Of a DNA stretch of 64,000 bases, positions 13,335 to 26,400 are shown piece after piece. Location of the stretch: NCBI RefSeq assembly GCF_006345805.1, contig NC_043013.1, forward strand, positions 22,568,001-22,632,000, read 5' to 3'. The stretch comes from Octopus sinensis. Lineage: Eukaryota. The stretch's first letter is position 1, and every line of letters begins with the position of its first letter. The position numbers and the translations under genes were made by a program. Below the pieces are notes generated by a model. The model was not told the DNA's origin. It was given only the letters and a program-made list of their open reading frames with translations, and searched no databases.

Positions 13335-16173
13335 ATATAATTTGGACCAAAAGAAGTGGTAATCTCAGAGTCACATATAGTGTGTGGTCTGGAGATGGAT
13401 ATGAGTAACGAAGCCTTGTTTCACATAAATATCACCAAAATGGTGGCAATGTTTTGGCAAATGGCCAGATGGATTTTGAGAACTTTGAGAACAAGGGACC
13501 ATGAAATTATGCTGGTTCTATTGAGGACATTAGTACTCAGCCGTCTGGACTACTTCCCTCAACTATGGTCACCCTCTAGCATCAAATTAATAACAGAACT
13601 TGTAGCAGTTCAGTGGTGTTACACCCAGAAAAGAGCATCAATGGAACAGCTGGGCTCTGGAAGAGACTGAAAGAGCTACGACTCTACTCTTTGGAATGAT
13701 GACAGAGGTGGCATGCAGTGATATATGTATGGAAGCTTCTGAAGGGACTGGTACTAAACTTTGGTACCGAGAGCTATACCAGTACCTAAACTGGATGTCA
13801 CTGCTCTGTTTCAAAGGTCCTAGTTATCCCGTCTAGACTGAGAACCATGTACAGCTAGGATTCAGGGACCACAGCTATTCAACACCTTGCAAAACATCTG
13901 AAGGATGTTCATGGAGTAAGGGGAGATGTTTTCAAGAAACAAATTGACCTCCTGCTATCCGAGGTCCCAGATGAGCCTATATCAAGGGCCAGGGCTGCTG
14001 TATTGAACTCCTTCACCAAAAGCGAATCACATAAGATTGGCCATTGTAAGGGTAATTACACTGGTGATGCTCCAGCATGGCCACAGCCTTAGGGCTAAAA
14101 TGTCTGAAGGAATAAAAGAATATATATACACACATGCATAGAAGATTTTTTGGGAGCTAACATTAAACTTTGGTTCTGAAACACATCATCATCTTTTACT
14201 TGTCTCAGTTTTGAACTTCAGCCATTCTGGGAAGCTGCCTTCAAGGGATTTTTCTCAAAGAAATCAACCCCACTAGTAGCAGCCCTTTAAATCTTATTGA
14301 TTCTAAGAGATTAGATTAAATGATAAGTAATCCTTACCCACTTCTATTTTCCAATCTTTCAAAGTCTGGAGGCTTCTTGTGTCTGCTAGACATATGACTC
14401 CTGCATTTATATAGGTGTAAACACACACACACACATGCATGATGTGTGCAAACACATCCCTCCACACACACACACACATACGTATGATATAATAATTTTG
14501 GCAAGCTGGCAGAATTGCTAGAGTGTCAGGAGAAAAGCTTTGCAGTATTTGTTGCAGGTTTCTATGTTCTGTGTTCAAATCCTGCCAAGGTCAACTTTAC
14601 TTTCCGTTCTTCAGGGTTCAATGAAATAAAGTACCAGTTAAATATTGGAGGGGTCAATGTTATCAACTAAGGCCCCACCCCACCTTCCCCCTTAAATTTC
14701 TGGTCTTGTTGGAAATGATCTCAACCATCCAGCATTTAATCTGGCCCAAATATCCTACCTGTTTTATGTTGGCCAGATCCAACCTCTCACACCTACCCTA
14801 CAATTGTCAGTCTAAAAATAAATAACCACATCATTGGAATCTCGAACTACAAGATGTTTCAGGATTAATCCAAAAGAATGTGAATTAATAAGAATTGCAT
14901 TTGACAAATTAATCTGAATGCTGAATGTTTAAATAAGAAAATATATTTCTGAGAAGTGACATTCAAAGACATTTTGTTTTTTTTTTTTCCATTTTCTTCT
15001 CTCACCTTTTTACTTTTGTCTTTCAGCCTCCAACAAAGATGAATTCCGGAAATGGTTGAAGGGTTTGAACCATCTGGTACAAGACACACAAAATGTTTCT
15101 TACCAACTCCAAGTGGAAAGGTCTCTCTCTCTCTCTATTCTTTTTTTGTTTCTTTATTATTTTCCATCTCTTGCTTGTTTCAGTCATTAGACTGTGGCCA
15201 TGCTGGAGCTCTGCCATAAGAAAATTGTAGTCAAACAAATCAGTACCAGCACTTTATTCTTGTATCAATCACTGTTTGTGACCCACTGAGTTAGAGGGAC
15301 ATAAACACACCAACACTGGTTGCCAAGCAGTGGTGGACACACACACACACACAACAGGCTTTCAGTTTCCATCCACCAAATCCACTCTCAAGGCTTTGCT
15401 TTGCCCCAAGGCTATAGTAGAAGATGCCTAAGGTGCCATGCAGTGGGACTGAACCCTGAACCATGTGGCTGCAGAAGCAAGCTTATCTCACCATCATGCC
15501 TGTACCTTTATTATTTGCTCTCCCTTCTCTTTCTCTCTCTTTTTCTCCTCTCCCTCTCGCTTTCCCTCTCTCTCTCTCTCCCTCTCACTTTCTCTCTTTC
15601 CACCCCTCTTTCTCTCTCTCTTCTCTCTCTTCTTCTCCCTCTCACCCCACTCTCTCTCACCCCCCTTCTTTATCATTAAAGCACATTTTCTTTGGTAGTT
15701 TTTATGCTTTTTACTTTCCCCCTTTTTTTGTGCAAAATACTTTTAACAGTTCCTGAAATCCCGCAGGAAGCCATTTATTCCAGAATTTCTAATTTTTATC
15801 TAGGAATGGTTTATCATGTCGCATTTCAATATATACATGCATACATACATACATGCATACATACATACATGCATACTTACAAATATACTTACATACATGC
15901 ATAATACATACATGTATACATACATACATATATACATGCATAATACACACATACATGCATAATACATACAATCACACATCCATACATACATACATGCATG
16001 CATACATGCATGCATACATACATACATGCATACATACAAATATACTTACATGCATACATATATACGTACATGCATACATTCATACATACATGCATGCATG
16101 TGTGTGTGTGTGTGTGTGGTGTGCATGCACAGCATCTGTCCTTCTACTTGTCACATATATACATGTATACATG

Positions 16174-16221
<48 letters not shown>

Positions 16222-19200
16222 TGTGTATAGTCTATGTGTACAGTGTGCGTGTGTGTGTGTGTATGACTTGGAACAGGTTTCTGTTTGCCAGGTTATGTTG
16301 ACTTTGATAGACAGAGGAAGAGAGCAAAGCTCTGCCGATGCCTCTTCCTCCCTACCTGGGGTTAGTTGTTCTGGCCACTGAGTCAGATATAACGATCATC
16401 AGGCACCAAGCTGAAACGAGTGACTGACTTCTTAATATATAATTAATATATTCTTTTGTCTGATTATTTTTTCTCAATAGCTTTACTTTCATCATCGTTG
16501 TCATCACCACCACTACCACCACCACCACCACCACTTCAGTAGTTTTTCTGCCTCTTACTCCTCCTTCCCCTCAACATCATCATCATTATCATCATCACTT
16601 CCACCACTTCCATCACCATCACAAGTTCATTGTCAGTACTTCTGCCTCCTCCTCCTCCTCTTCCTCTTTCTTTGCCTTCCTCATAACCAGGATCTTTCTT
16701 AGTTGCTGTATAACATTTGCAATGTGCCATCCTTTATAGGTCTCTTCACCTGCTAGAAATAGCACCCACATCCTCTTGAAATCATGCCCTACCATCTAAA
16801 AATAAAAAAAGAAAGGACAAATTGAATAATGTCACGCAAAATAGGAAAAGTCCAAGAGAGGATGCAGTGGTCATGGATGGAGCAGCTTTGATAAGTCTGC
16901 TCAATTAGGGTTGGCCTGGGGTTAAACAGCAGCAATAAATGTTGGATTAAATACGTCATACTTGCTTCCATTTCCCCAGTAATGTGGCCAACACTAACAA
17001 CTGGAAAGACATGGGTAAAGGAATCCATTCAGCTCCCCCCCCCACCACCACTATTCTTGGAGGTCATTGGGAACTTGGAACCATGTGGTTGGGAAGCAAG
17101 CTTCTTACCTCACAGCCACTTTTGTGTCCATCTGTGGATGAGCTGCATGGCCCAGCTTGTCCCTGATTGGTTCGATATTAATTATTTGCTTGAAAAAAAC
17201 AATGAAATCATTCCACACAAGAATAAATATAAAAATTGTGATAATTCATAATTTAATTTTTTTTTTTTTAATTTGGATTATTTTCCTTTCTTACAGATGG
17301 CTTCGAAAAGAATTCTACCTCATGGAAAAATTGGGTACATACGTGTGAGTATTCAGTTTATTGGCCTTGTCATTATCTTTTGTTTAATTAATTAATTATC
17401 ATTTAAACAAAGTAAATAGGGTCACCTTAAACCTTGGGACTATTTTTTGTAATTCAAGCCAAACTTGGTTTTGCTGATCAATCTTTGCTTACCAAAAACT
17501 CACATCAATTCATGCAAGAAGAAGTCACATTCTCTTTTCATCCTGTTGTTTTTATTTATTCCGTTGGTGCAATCATCATCATCATCGTTTAATGTCCGTT
17601 TTCCGTGCTAGCATGGGTTGGACGGTTCGACCGGAGTCTGGGAAACCGGAAGGCTGCACCAGGCTCCAGTCTGATCTTGCAGTGTTTCTACAGCTGGATG
17701 CCCTTCCTAATGCCAACCACTCCGTGAGTGTAGTGGGTGCTTTTTACCTGCCACCGGCACAGGGGCCAGAGGAGGCTGGCAAACGGCCACAATCGGTTGG
17801 TGCTTTTACATGTCACTGACACGGACACCAGTCAGGCGGCGCTGTCATCTGCCACGTTCGGACGGTGTTTTTAACGTGTCACCGGTGCGGGTAGCATAAC
17901 TACAATTTCCATTTGATTTTCCTTTTGATGTTGGTGTTAACATACTTAACTCAATAGGTCTCCTCAAGAACTGCGGGTCACTCTACGATCCAAGGTGAGC
18001 ACAGCAGGCCGTCCTGTGAGCCATGAACTCACTTCATTTGTCGGGTCTTCACAGTCACAGCATATCTCAGAGGTTTTGGTCTTCGTCATTTCTTCTGTGA
18101 GGCCCTACGTGTATCACAACTACAATATCCATACGATTTTATTTTGATGTTGATGTACTTGACTCAATTAGGTCTCCTCAAGAACAGCAGGTCACTCTAC
18201 AATCCAAGGTGAACACAGCAGGCCGTCCTGCGAGCCATGAACTCTCTTCATTTGTCGGGTCTTCAATGTTATTGATATTGCCAATTCTTTCATTCTTTTA
18301 CTCATTCCAGTCAGATGTTTGTGACCATGCTGAAAAGCCAGTGTCCAAATGATGACTTTTGTAAATGATAGCCTTGTCAGAAATATCACCGAGTCCCTCG
18401 CAATCACTTCACAAATCAGAAAAATCATTTAGATAATCTGCATGATCTATGTGGGTCTTTGAGAATTGTTGAGGAACTCTGTGAACTGGTCGGTGACACA
18501 TTCACAGTAATCCAGAGTACTTTTTAATACTTCTGCAGAATCATCATCATCATCATCATCATCTCCACTTTTCTATGCTCCTATGACTTGGACAGAATTT
18601 GTTGAGCCATATTTTTTTCTATAACTGGATGCTCTTCCTGTCACCAATCCTAACTAATTCCCAAGTAAGGCATTGGGCTGAAGCACAATACACTGCTCTA
18701 TTTGTCCCCAGTCATTGCCAAGGCACAATACACTGTTCCTAGGAGTAAAGATAATTTGCCATCATAACATGGCAGTCCTGGTTTAGGATGAATGTTGCTG
18801 TAATTTAGCCCCAGGAAACATCATCTCCAGCTGGCTATAGGACACGATAGAAAATATAAGGACACAGATCGTGTCATATAGCCAGCTGGAGACGATGTCT
18901 CCTGGGGCTAAATTGCAGCAACATTCATCCTAAACCAGGACTGCCATGTTATGTTGGCAAATAATCTTTACTCCAAAGTGCTCTGTGAGTGAATTTGGTA
19001 GACAGATGCACATGTGTGTGTATGTGTGTGCACACGTACTTGTCTCCTTGTCTTGATATCACAAGATTATTGTAAATGAGCATCCCTGTCATACAAGCAG
19101 TGCCACTTCCTATATATCGTGATAACCTGTCCAGCCAAAGGGAAATTTTATTTTGCTTCGAAACCGCTGAGGGTTGGTGACAGGAGGTGCGCCCCTGCCA

Positions 19201-20422
19201 TAAAAACGACTGTCCTAATAAATTCTGTCTGACCAATGTAAACATGGAAAAGTGGACAGCAAAACGATGATGATGATGCTGATGAATGTTGCTAACTCCT
19301 ACCACATTGCTGGTTATTCATTTTAAGAGATTAATTGAAATGTTTGCTAATGTACTTGACGACTGTCTCTGTTGTACTTTCAGAGTAACACAGAAACATC
19401 TAAAAGGATGGATGTTACGAATAAATTATAAAATTGCCAGCAACAAACTAAGAGACAAATTTCAAGTAAGTAACAATGGTTGAGTTTTTTTTAAAGTTTT
19501 TCTTTTCTTTTATGAATTAACTTTATTTAATCATTTGTTCGTATATTCGTTTTGTGTGATCTAATTAATTTTCTCCAGTATGCTAACGATTCTGCCTGCT
19601 CGCCATTTTGATGGTGATGATGATGATGATGATGAGTTGGCAGAACTGTAGAATGCCAGGTAAAATGCTTAGTGGCATTTTGTCCATCTTTACATTCTCA
19701 GTTCAAATTCCACCAAGGTGAACTTGGCCTTACATCCTTTGTGGGGGTTGATAAAATAAATAACAGTTGAGCACTGGGGTCAATGTAATTGACTTACACC
19801 CCTCCACCCCAGAATTGCTGGCCTTGTCCCAAATTTGAAACCAGTAGTAGTAGTAAAGAGAAAAGGTCAACGAGTAAGGAGTCCTGAAAATTGAGATTGC
19901 CAGCTGCAAGAGTCAAGCATAAGGGTTGTTCTTGTTGTCATTGGGGCATTGGGTTCAATGCCACCCAACCTGAGGAAACATCTGGAAACTTTAGAAATAC
20001 CCTACGATCTTGGCATATTGCAAAAAATTGGCTTCACTTGTCACTGCATGCACAATGCGAAAGTTGCTGTCTGTGTGAGGTCCTTGTTGTGACTTGACAG
20101 ACAGCATGCATTCCTTTTACACACAATTATCTTCAATCTAAAACATCATGATATTGGATGCTGTAATGATAATGATAATAATAATAATAATAATAATAAT
20201 AGTTTAGGTGTATTGCAAATGTCATTACTTGGAACTGAATGCATATTGCGTAAAGTAGTGTCTGTCTGAGGTCCTTGTTGTGATTTGACAAACAGTACAA
20301 ACCCCCCCAACAAATACAATATTTTCGATCAACAACCTCACGATACCGTATACTGTGCGACATCTATAATAATGATTATAATAATAATGATGATAATAAT
20401 AATGATGATAATGATAATGATG

Positions 20423-20460
<38 letters not shown>

Positions 20461-23400
20461 CCTCTCTACTGGAGGCTCAAGACCTCAAATTTATGAGGAG
20501 GGGACTAGTCAATTACATCGATCCCAGTGTTACACTGGTACTTAATTTAGTGACCCTGAAAGGGTGAAAGGCAAAGTCAACCTCAGCAGAATTTGAACTC
20601 AGAATGTAGTGATAGGCAAAATACTACTAAGCACTTCGTCCAGTGTGCTAACAGTTTTGCCGGCTCACCACCTTAATAATAATAATAATAATAATACAAA
20701 CAATTTTAAAAAATAATTAAAAAAAATAAATAAATAAGCTGAGCAAGTATAAAGATCTTGAAATAGAAATTAGAAAAATGTGGAACCTGAAGACTAAAAC
20801 AATACCTGTTGTCATAGGTGCCCTAGGAATGATAGCAAAAGGTGCTGATTGCTACCTAGTTCAGATACCAGGAAACACCAAAATGGCAGATATTCAAATG
20901 ATACTGCTCATTGGAACTGCCCATATCTTATGTAAAATACTTTCTACGTAATCTCAAATTTTAAAACAAGCACATATTTTTCTTATGGTTTCTTAAACAT
21001 TCTCTAGAACAATACTGCATACTAAACCAAATATATGGCACCCTGGGCATAACACCAACATGAACTTCTAAGTTCTTGTCTCTTGAGGTCTTTGGGTGAG
21101 ACTTAGAGTCAACTTGTACAAATGCAAAGTAAAAGTCAAACATAAAATAATAATAATGGTTTCAAATTTTTGGCTCAAGCCCAACAGTAGTAATAATAAG
21201 ATCATTATCTTATCAGGTGGCAAGCTGGCAGAATCGTTAGCACGCTGAGCAAAATGCTTAGTGGTATTTCGTCTGTTTACATTCTGAGTTCAAATTCTGC
21301 TGAGGTCAACTTTGCCTTTCATCCATTTGGAGTCTATCTAATCAACTGGCCCCCTTCCCTAAAAATGTTGGGCCTTGTGCCTAGAGTAGAGAGAAATAAT
21401 AAGCTTATGCTATTGCTAATTATTGTTATTATTATTAGTCAAGACGAAGAGCGTGATTTGATTGTAATAGTTATTTTTATTGGTTGAATGATATTTCAAC
21501 AGTAAGCTTGTCTTTGTCGAGTTCAATATCTATTACAATTGAATCGTGCTCTTTGTCTTGACTGTTTACCTTTGTGAAGAGTTACATCAATCCTTTTAAA
21601 ATACTATTATTATTGCAGCATGGAAGGTGTTTATAAGCCATTTAAATTTAATTTGCCAAAATATTTTCGTCACTTTGAGACTGCGACCTGTTCACTGACA
21701 AAATTCCATGCTGCATCTCTAACGGTTTTTGTGTGTTTTTAAATGGCTTATAAACACCTTCCACGCTGCAATTGTTTTCTTTCTAGCACGATCTCAGATC
21801 AGGTCACTTGCTATGCAAGTACATCTCTGTTATTATTATTATTATTATTGTAAAAGTGTGACTTCTTATTCTAATACTTATTATGATATCATTATGTACC
21901 TGTAAGTGTAGACTTCACAAAACATTGTTTTTTAATAGATACAGCTGCGTTATTTTGGCAAAACTGCATTGCATGTTTTGCGGATATCATTCTTTGAAGC
22001 AGTGCACCAAACAATTGTGAGGGGGTGGGAAAATGTCTTCTAAAACGTATTTTGTTGTTGGTGTCTCACCTTTGTGTTAATATAGAGAGGCGAACATTAG
22101 CTCTGTTCAATCCAGCAAGGTAAAAGCATTGTTCAAAAGAAGTTATTCATCTCGATGTAATCAACCTTTCTGAAAGCTATTTATGTCAGACATTCAAAGA
22201 ATACCTTTTTCCATTGTTTAGGGTTTTTGTCGAGTCATCACGATTTTGTGATTTTATTTGTTGTTAAGTCTGTGAAAGAGAGCAGTGCTCGTAGGCTGTG
22301 GTTCCTGAAGGCCTTCTTTGATGTGTGAGATCAACGTTGTAAGGAGAAACATAATCATGTAGAAAGTTTCTGATGAAATTTAATTCTGGAAAAGAAATGG
22401 TTGAGCGAAATGTTTAAAATGGTGTGGGGCATGGTAGGAATGATGGACAGGTGGGAGGTTGTTGTTACTGTCTAATCCTGATCAGCCCTAACCGAACAAA
22501 CCTTTGATGAAAAGTATTTCAGCTTTGATCCTCTCCCCTTTTTCATCATCATCATCATCTGTTTTTCCAGTGGGTCATCACATAAATTCCATCGGTCAGA
22601 CGGAATCTATTGAGGCATCACCACCACCACCAACAAGACTATTACAGTTGCTGGTGTCTAATTTATCCCATCCAGAGTTGCTGGTGTCTAACTTATCCCG
22701 TCAGACTTGCTGGTGGTCTAACTTATCTCGTCAGACTTGCTGGTGGTCTAACTTATCCTGTCAGACTTGCTGGTGGTCTAACTTGTCCTGTCAGACTTGC
22801 TGGTGGTCTAACTTGTCCTGTCAGACTTGCTGGTGGTCTAACTTATCCCATCAGACTTGCTGGTGGTCTAACTTATCCCGTCAGACTTGCTGGTGTCTAA
22901 CTTATCCCGTCAGACTTGCTGGTGGTCTAACTTAACCCGTCAGACTTGCTGGTGTCTAATTTATCCCGTCAGACTTGCTGGTGTCTAACTTATCCCGTCA
23001 GACTTGCTAGTGTCTAACTTATCCCATCAGACTTGCTGGTGTCTAACTTATCCCGTCAGACTTGCTGGTGTCTAACTTATCCTGTCAGACTTGCTGGTGG
23101 TCTAACTTATCCTGTCAGACTTGCTGGTGGTCTAACTTATCCTGTCAGACTTGCTGGTGGTCTAACTTGTCCTGTCAGACTTGCTGGTGGTCTAACTTAA
23201 CCCGTGTCAGACTTGCTGGTGTCTAACTTATCTCGTCAGACTTGCTGGTGTCTAACTTATCCTGTCAGACTTGCTGGTGTCTAACTTATCCTGTCAGACT
23301 TGCTGGTGTCTAACTTATCCTGTCAGACTTGCTGGTGTCTAACTTATCCCGTCAGACTTGCTGGTGGTCTAACTTATCCCATCAGACTTGCTGGTGTCTA

Positions 23401-26400
23401 ACTTATACAATCAAGATAACTCACCATTGCACTCTAACCATTACTCCAACCAAATAATGTGGTTTTCTAATTGGAAATATCTGGGACGATTGTATCTGTC
23501 AAAATAGAAATTTCAAGCAACAACACAATGACAACTCTCTGGTTGAAAAGAGAAACTTCTCTAATTATTTGTATTGCACTTTCCAAATTCTTTTTTCTTT
23601 TTTGTTACTTATGTACTTTAATATTTCATGGTTGGGTAATTCAATGTATTTTGTTAGAAAGATCTTATCAGTGCCACAACCAGGTTTATGACCCACTTCT
23701 GATTCTTGATTGTTGCCATTTCAAGTATTTTTTGTTGATAAAATATGAACTTGTGAAGAGGCATGCCCTAACGCAGTGGTTTCCAACAATGGTCCCCAAC
23801 CCTTTTATTTAAATGAGATTTCTCATCTATTTTCTTTCCCCCGCCTCACTCTCTATTGTGTATCACATCGAAACTAACTATCACTTAATTTTTCCTCTCA
23901 CACCGTCTTCGATGAAGGGATATTATTAATTAATATCCTAGAAACAGCTGTAAGACCTTCTATCTATAAATGCTCTAATATCTATACAGCCTTGGTTTTT
24001 TATCTTATTACGCAAAAAAATTTTTATATACACACGCTGATATAGAACCAACGTTGAACCCTTTATTCACAATATTACCGAATCTAGAACTTAACTATGG
24101 TCTGTCAATAGCACTTATTCAGCATTTCTTGACACCTTTGGGTCTCAATGACACCATTATCTCTTATATATGTATATGAAATTTTGAATTTAGTTCACAG
24201 ACCCCCAGTACTACCTTTCTGGACCACCAGAGGTCCACGGACCCCAAGTTGAAAACCACTGGTCTAGTGGTTAAGGTGTTCGGTTTGTGATCGTAAAGCC
24301 ACAGGTTCAGTTCCTAGATCAGGCAGCATGTTGTGTCCTTGAGTAAGACACTTAATTTCACATTCTTGTGTAGTCAGTTGTAAATGAATACCACCCTCAC
24401 GGTGGTGTAGCCCTTTCTGCCTTCAGCTGTCATATCTATGATGCTCCACTGGATCAAGAGTAGGAAGCCAACAAGGTGTCAATGTCTGCTCTTGATTCCA
24501 TAGACATCTCAGTATAATTACCAAAAGTATGGTACTGAGTGATGACTGGGGTGGTTTGGTTTTACTTGAGAAGTGCATGGACATCACACAGTCTCAGTTC
24601 AAACACCCTTGGAATTTTAAGGTTTTTGCTTTTGGATTAGTCAGAGGTAAAAGGTTTACATTTATGACCCTTTTTGTAAGTCATCCATCTTGTATACGAA
24701 AAAGTAAATTTGGTGGTGGCACGTAAAAGCACCATCCAAATGTGGTTGATGCCAGCTAGCCCTGAGTGACTCCTGTGCTGGTAGCACATAATAAGTGCCA
24801 TCCAAATGTGGCCGATGCCAGTGCCACCTGACTGGCTCCTTTGCCAGTGGCAAGTAAAAAGCACCCACTATGCTCTCAGAGTGGTTGTCATTAGGAAAGG
24901 CATCCAGCTGTAGAAACCTTGCCAGATCAGGTTGGAGCCTGGTGCAGCTTCCTGGCTTGCCAGTCCCCAATCAAACCGTCCAACACATGCCAGCATGGAA
25001 AACCAATGTTAAACGATAATGATGATGAAATATGGAATTAGTTTCAGCAAAGAAAGAAAAAAAATCCAATAATTCAGGTGCAGTTTTCAAAATTTGCAGA
25101 CCCATCAAACAAGCAGGTGAATTAGCAGTCATAGAAGTAGCATAGAGCAAAATGTCTTAGGATATTTGTTACAGATCTGTTCTCTGAGTTTAGATTCCGT
25201 TGATGCCAACTTTGCCTTTCATGATTGATAAAGTAACAGCTTATTGTGGTGTTGGATTGGTTAGATGAGATTCCATGCAATACTTGTTCCATTTTGTATT
25301 CTGTGTTCTTGGATGGGTGACATATCATCCCTTGCTTGGCTAAATACCTCCATCTGGTCCTTGGGTGGTTTTAGTGAAGCTCACTCTGTTGAAAGCACTC
25401 CGTTTGGATTTCTGGTTTAGAAGTATGTTCATCCCTTCTTTTCATCAGTCTTGGAGGCCCCAAAAGAGCAAAGGGTTATGGATGATGCTAGCCTTTATTC
25501 CTTATTTAAACATTAAAAAATATAGAAGGGGTAGGAAAGTGAGAAATTCTGTCATATTGGTTTCAAACTTTGGCACAAGGCCAGCAATTTTGGGGGAGGG
25601 GTAAGTTGATTAGAGCCACCCCAGTATGTGACTGGTACTAATTTTATCAACCCGAAAAGATGCAAAGCAAAGTCAACTTCAGCAGAATTTCAACTCGGAA
25701 TGTAAAGATGGGCAAAATTCTTCTAAACAGTCTGCCTGGCATCTTAATGATTCTACCAGCTTGCTACCTTGCAAAATTCAGTAATATTCTTTTGTACTCC
25801 AGGCACAAAGCCTGAAATTTTGGGGGAGAGGGCCAGTCGACTAGATCAACTCAAGTACACAACTGGTACTTAATTTATCGACCCCGAAAGAATGAAAGGC
25901 AAAGTCAATCACAGCAGAATTTGAACTCAGACCATAAAGACAGACGAAATACTGCCAAGCATTTCACCCGGTGTGCTAACGTTTCTGCCAGCTTGCCACG
26001 CTTTTCTCTAATATTGCCACCCATCTATTTCATAGTGAGGCAAAGTAATAAGAGTTTCAAGCTTTCAACTCGTGACATCTTAATTGTTCAAAAGATCAGC
26101 AGCTTCCTCATCAACTTCTTCACTTTCGTTCCTTTATCTCAATGACGTGATATGTGAAGTGTTCAAAACAGCTCTTCATATCTGAAGTGCTCAAAACAGC
26201 TCAAACAGCTGTGTCGTGTATTCTGGTAATGAATACATTAAGACTGATTCAATAAGTTGTTCATGTTGTCATTTATCTCCTGGTCAACCTCATAAAGCAA
26301 ACCTCAACTATGGCCATCCACTCTTTTATTTAGACGCAGTTTAACTTTGACTATCTAGTGTATCTCTCTTTCTTTTTCTAAATTATAAGGATGTTGTAAA

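Noticed and set aside
22645-23406. CRISPR-like array of ~30-bp palindromic repeats
   Set aside because: Units are contiguous with no unique spacers, no cas genes, eukaryotic intron: a minisatellite.
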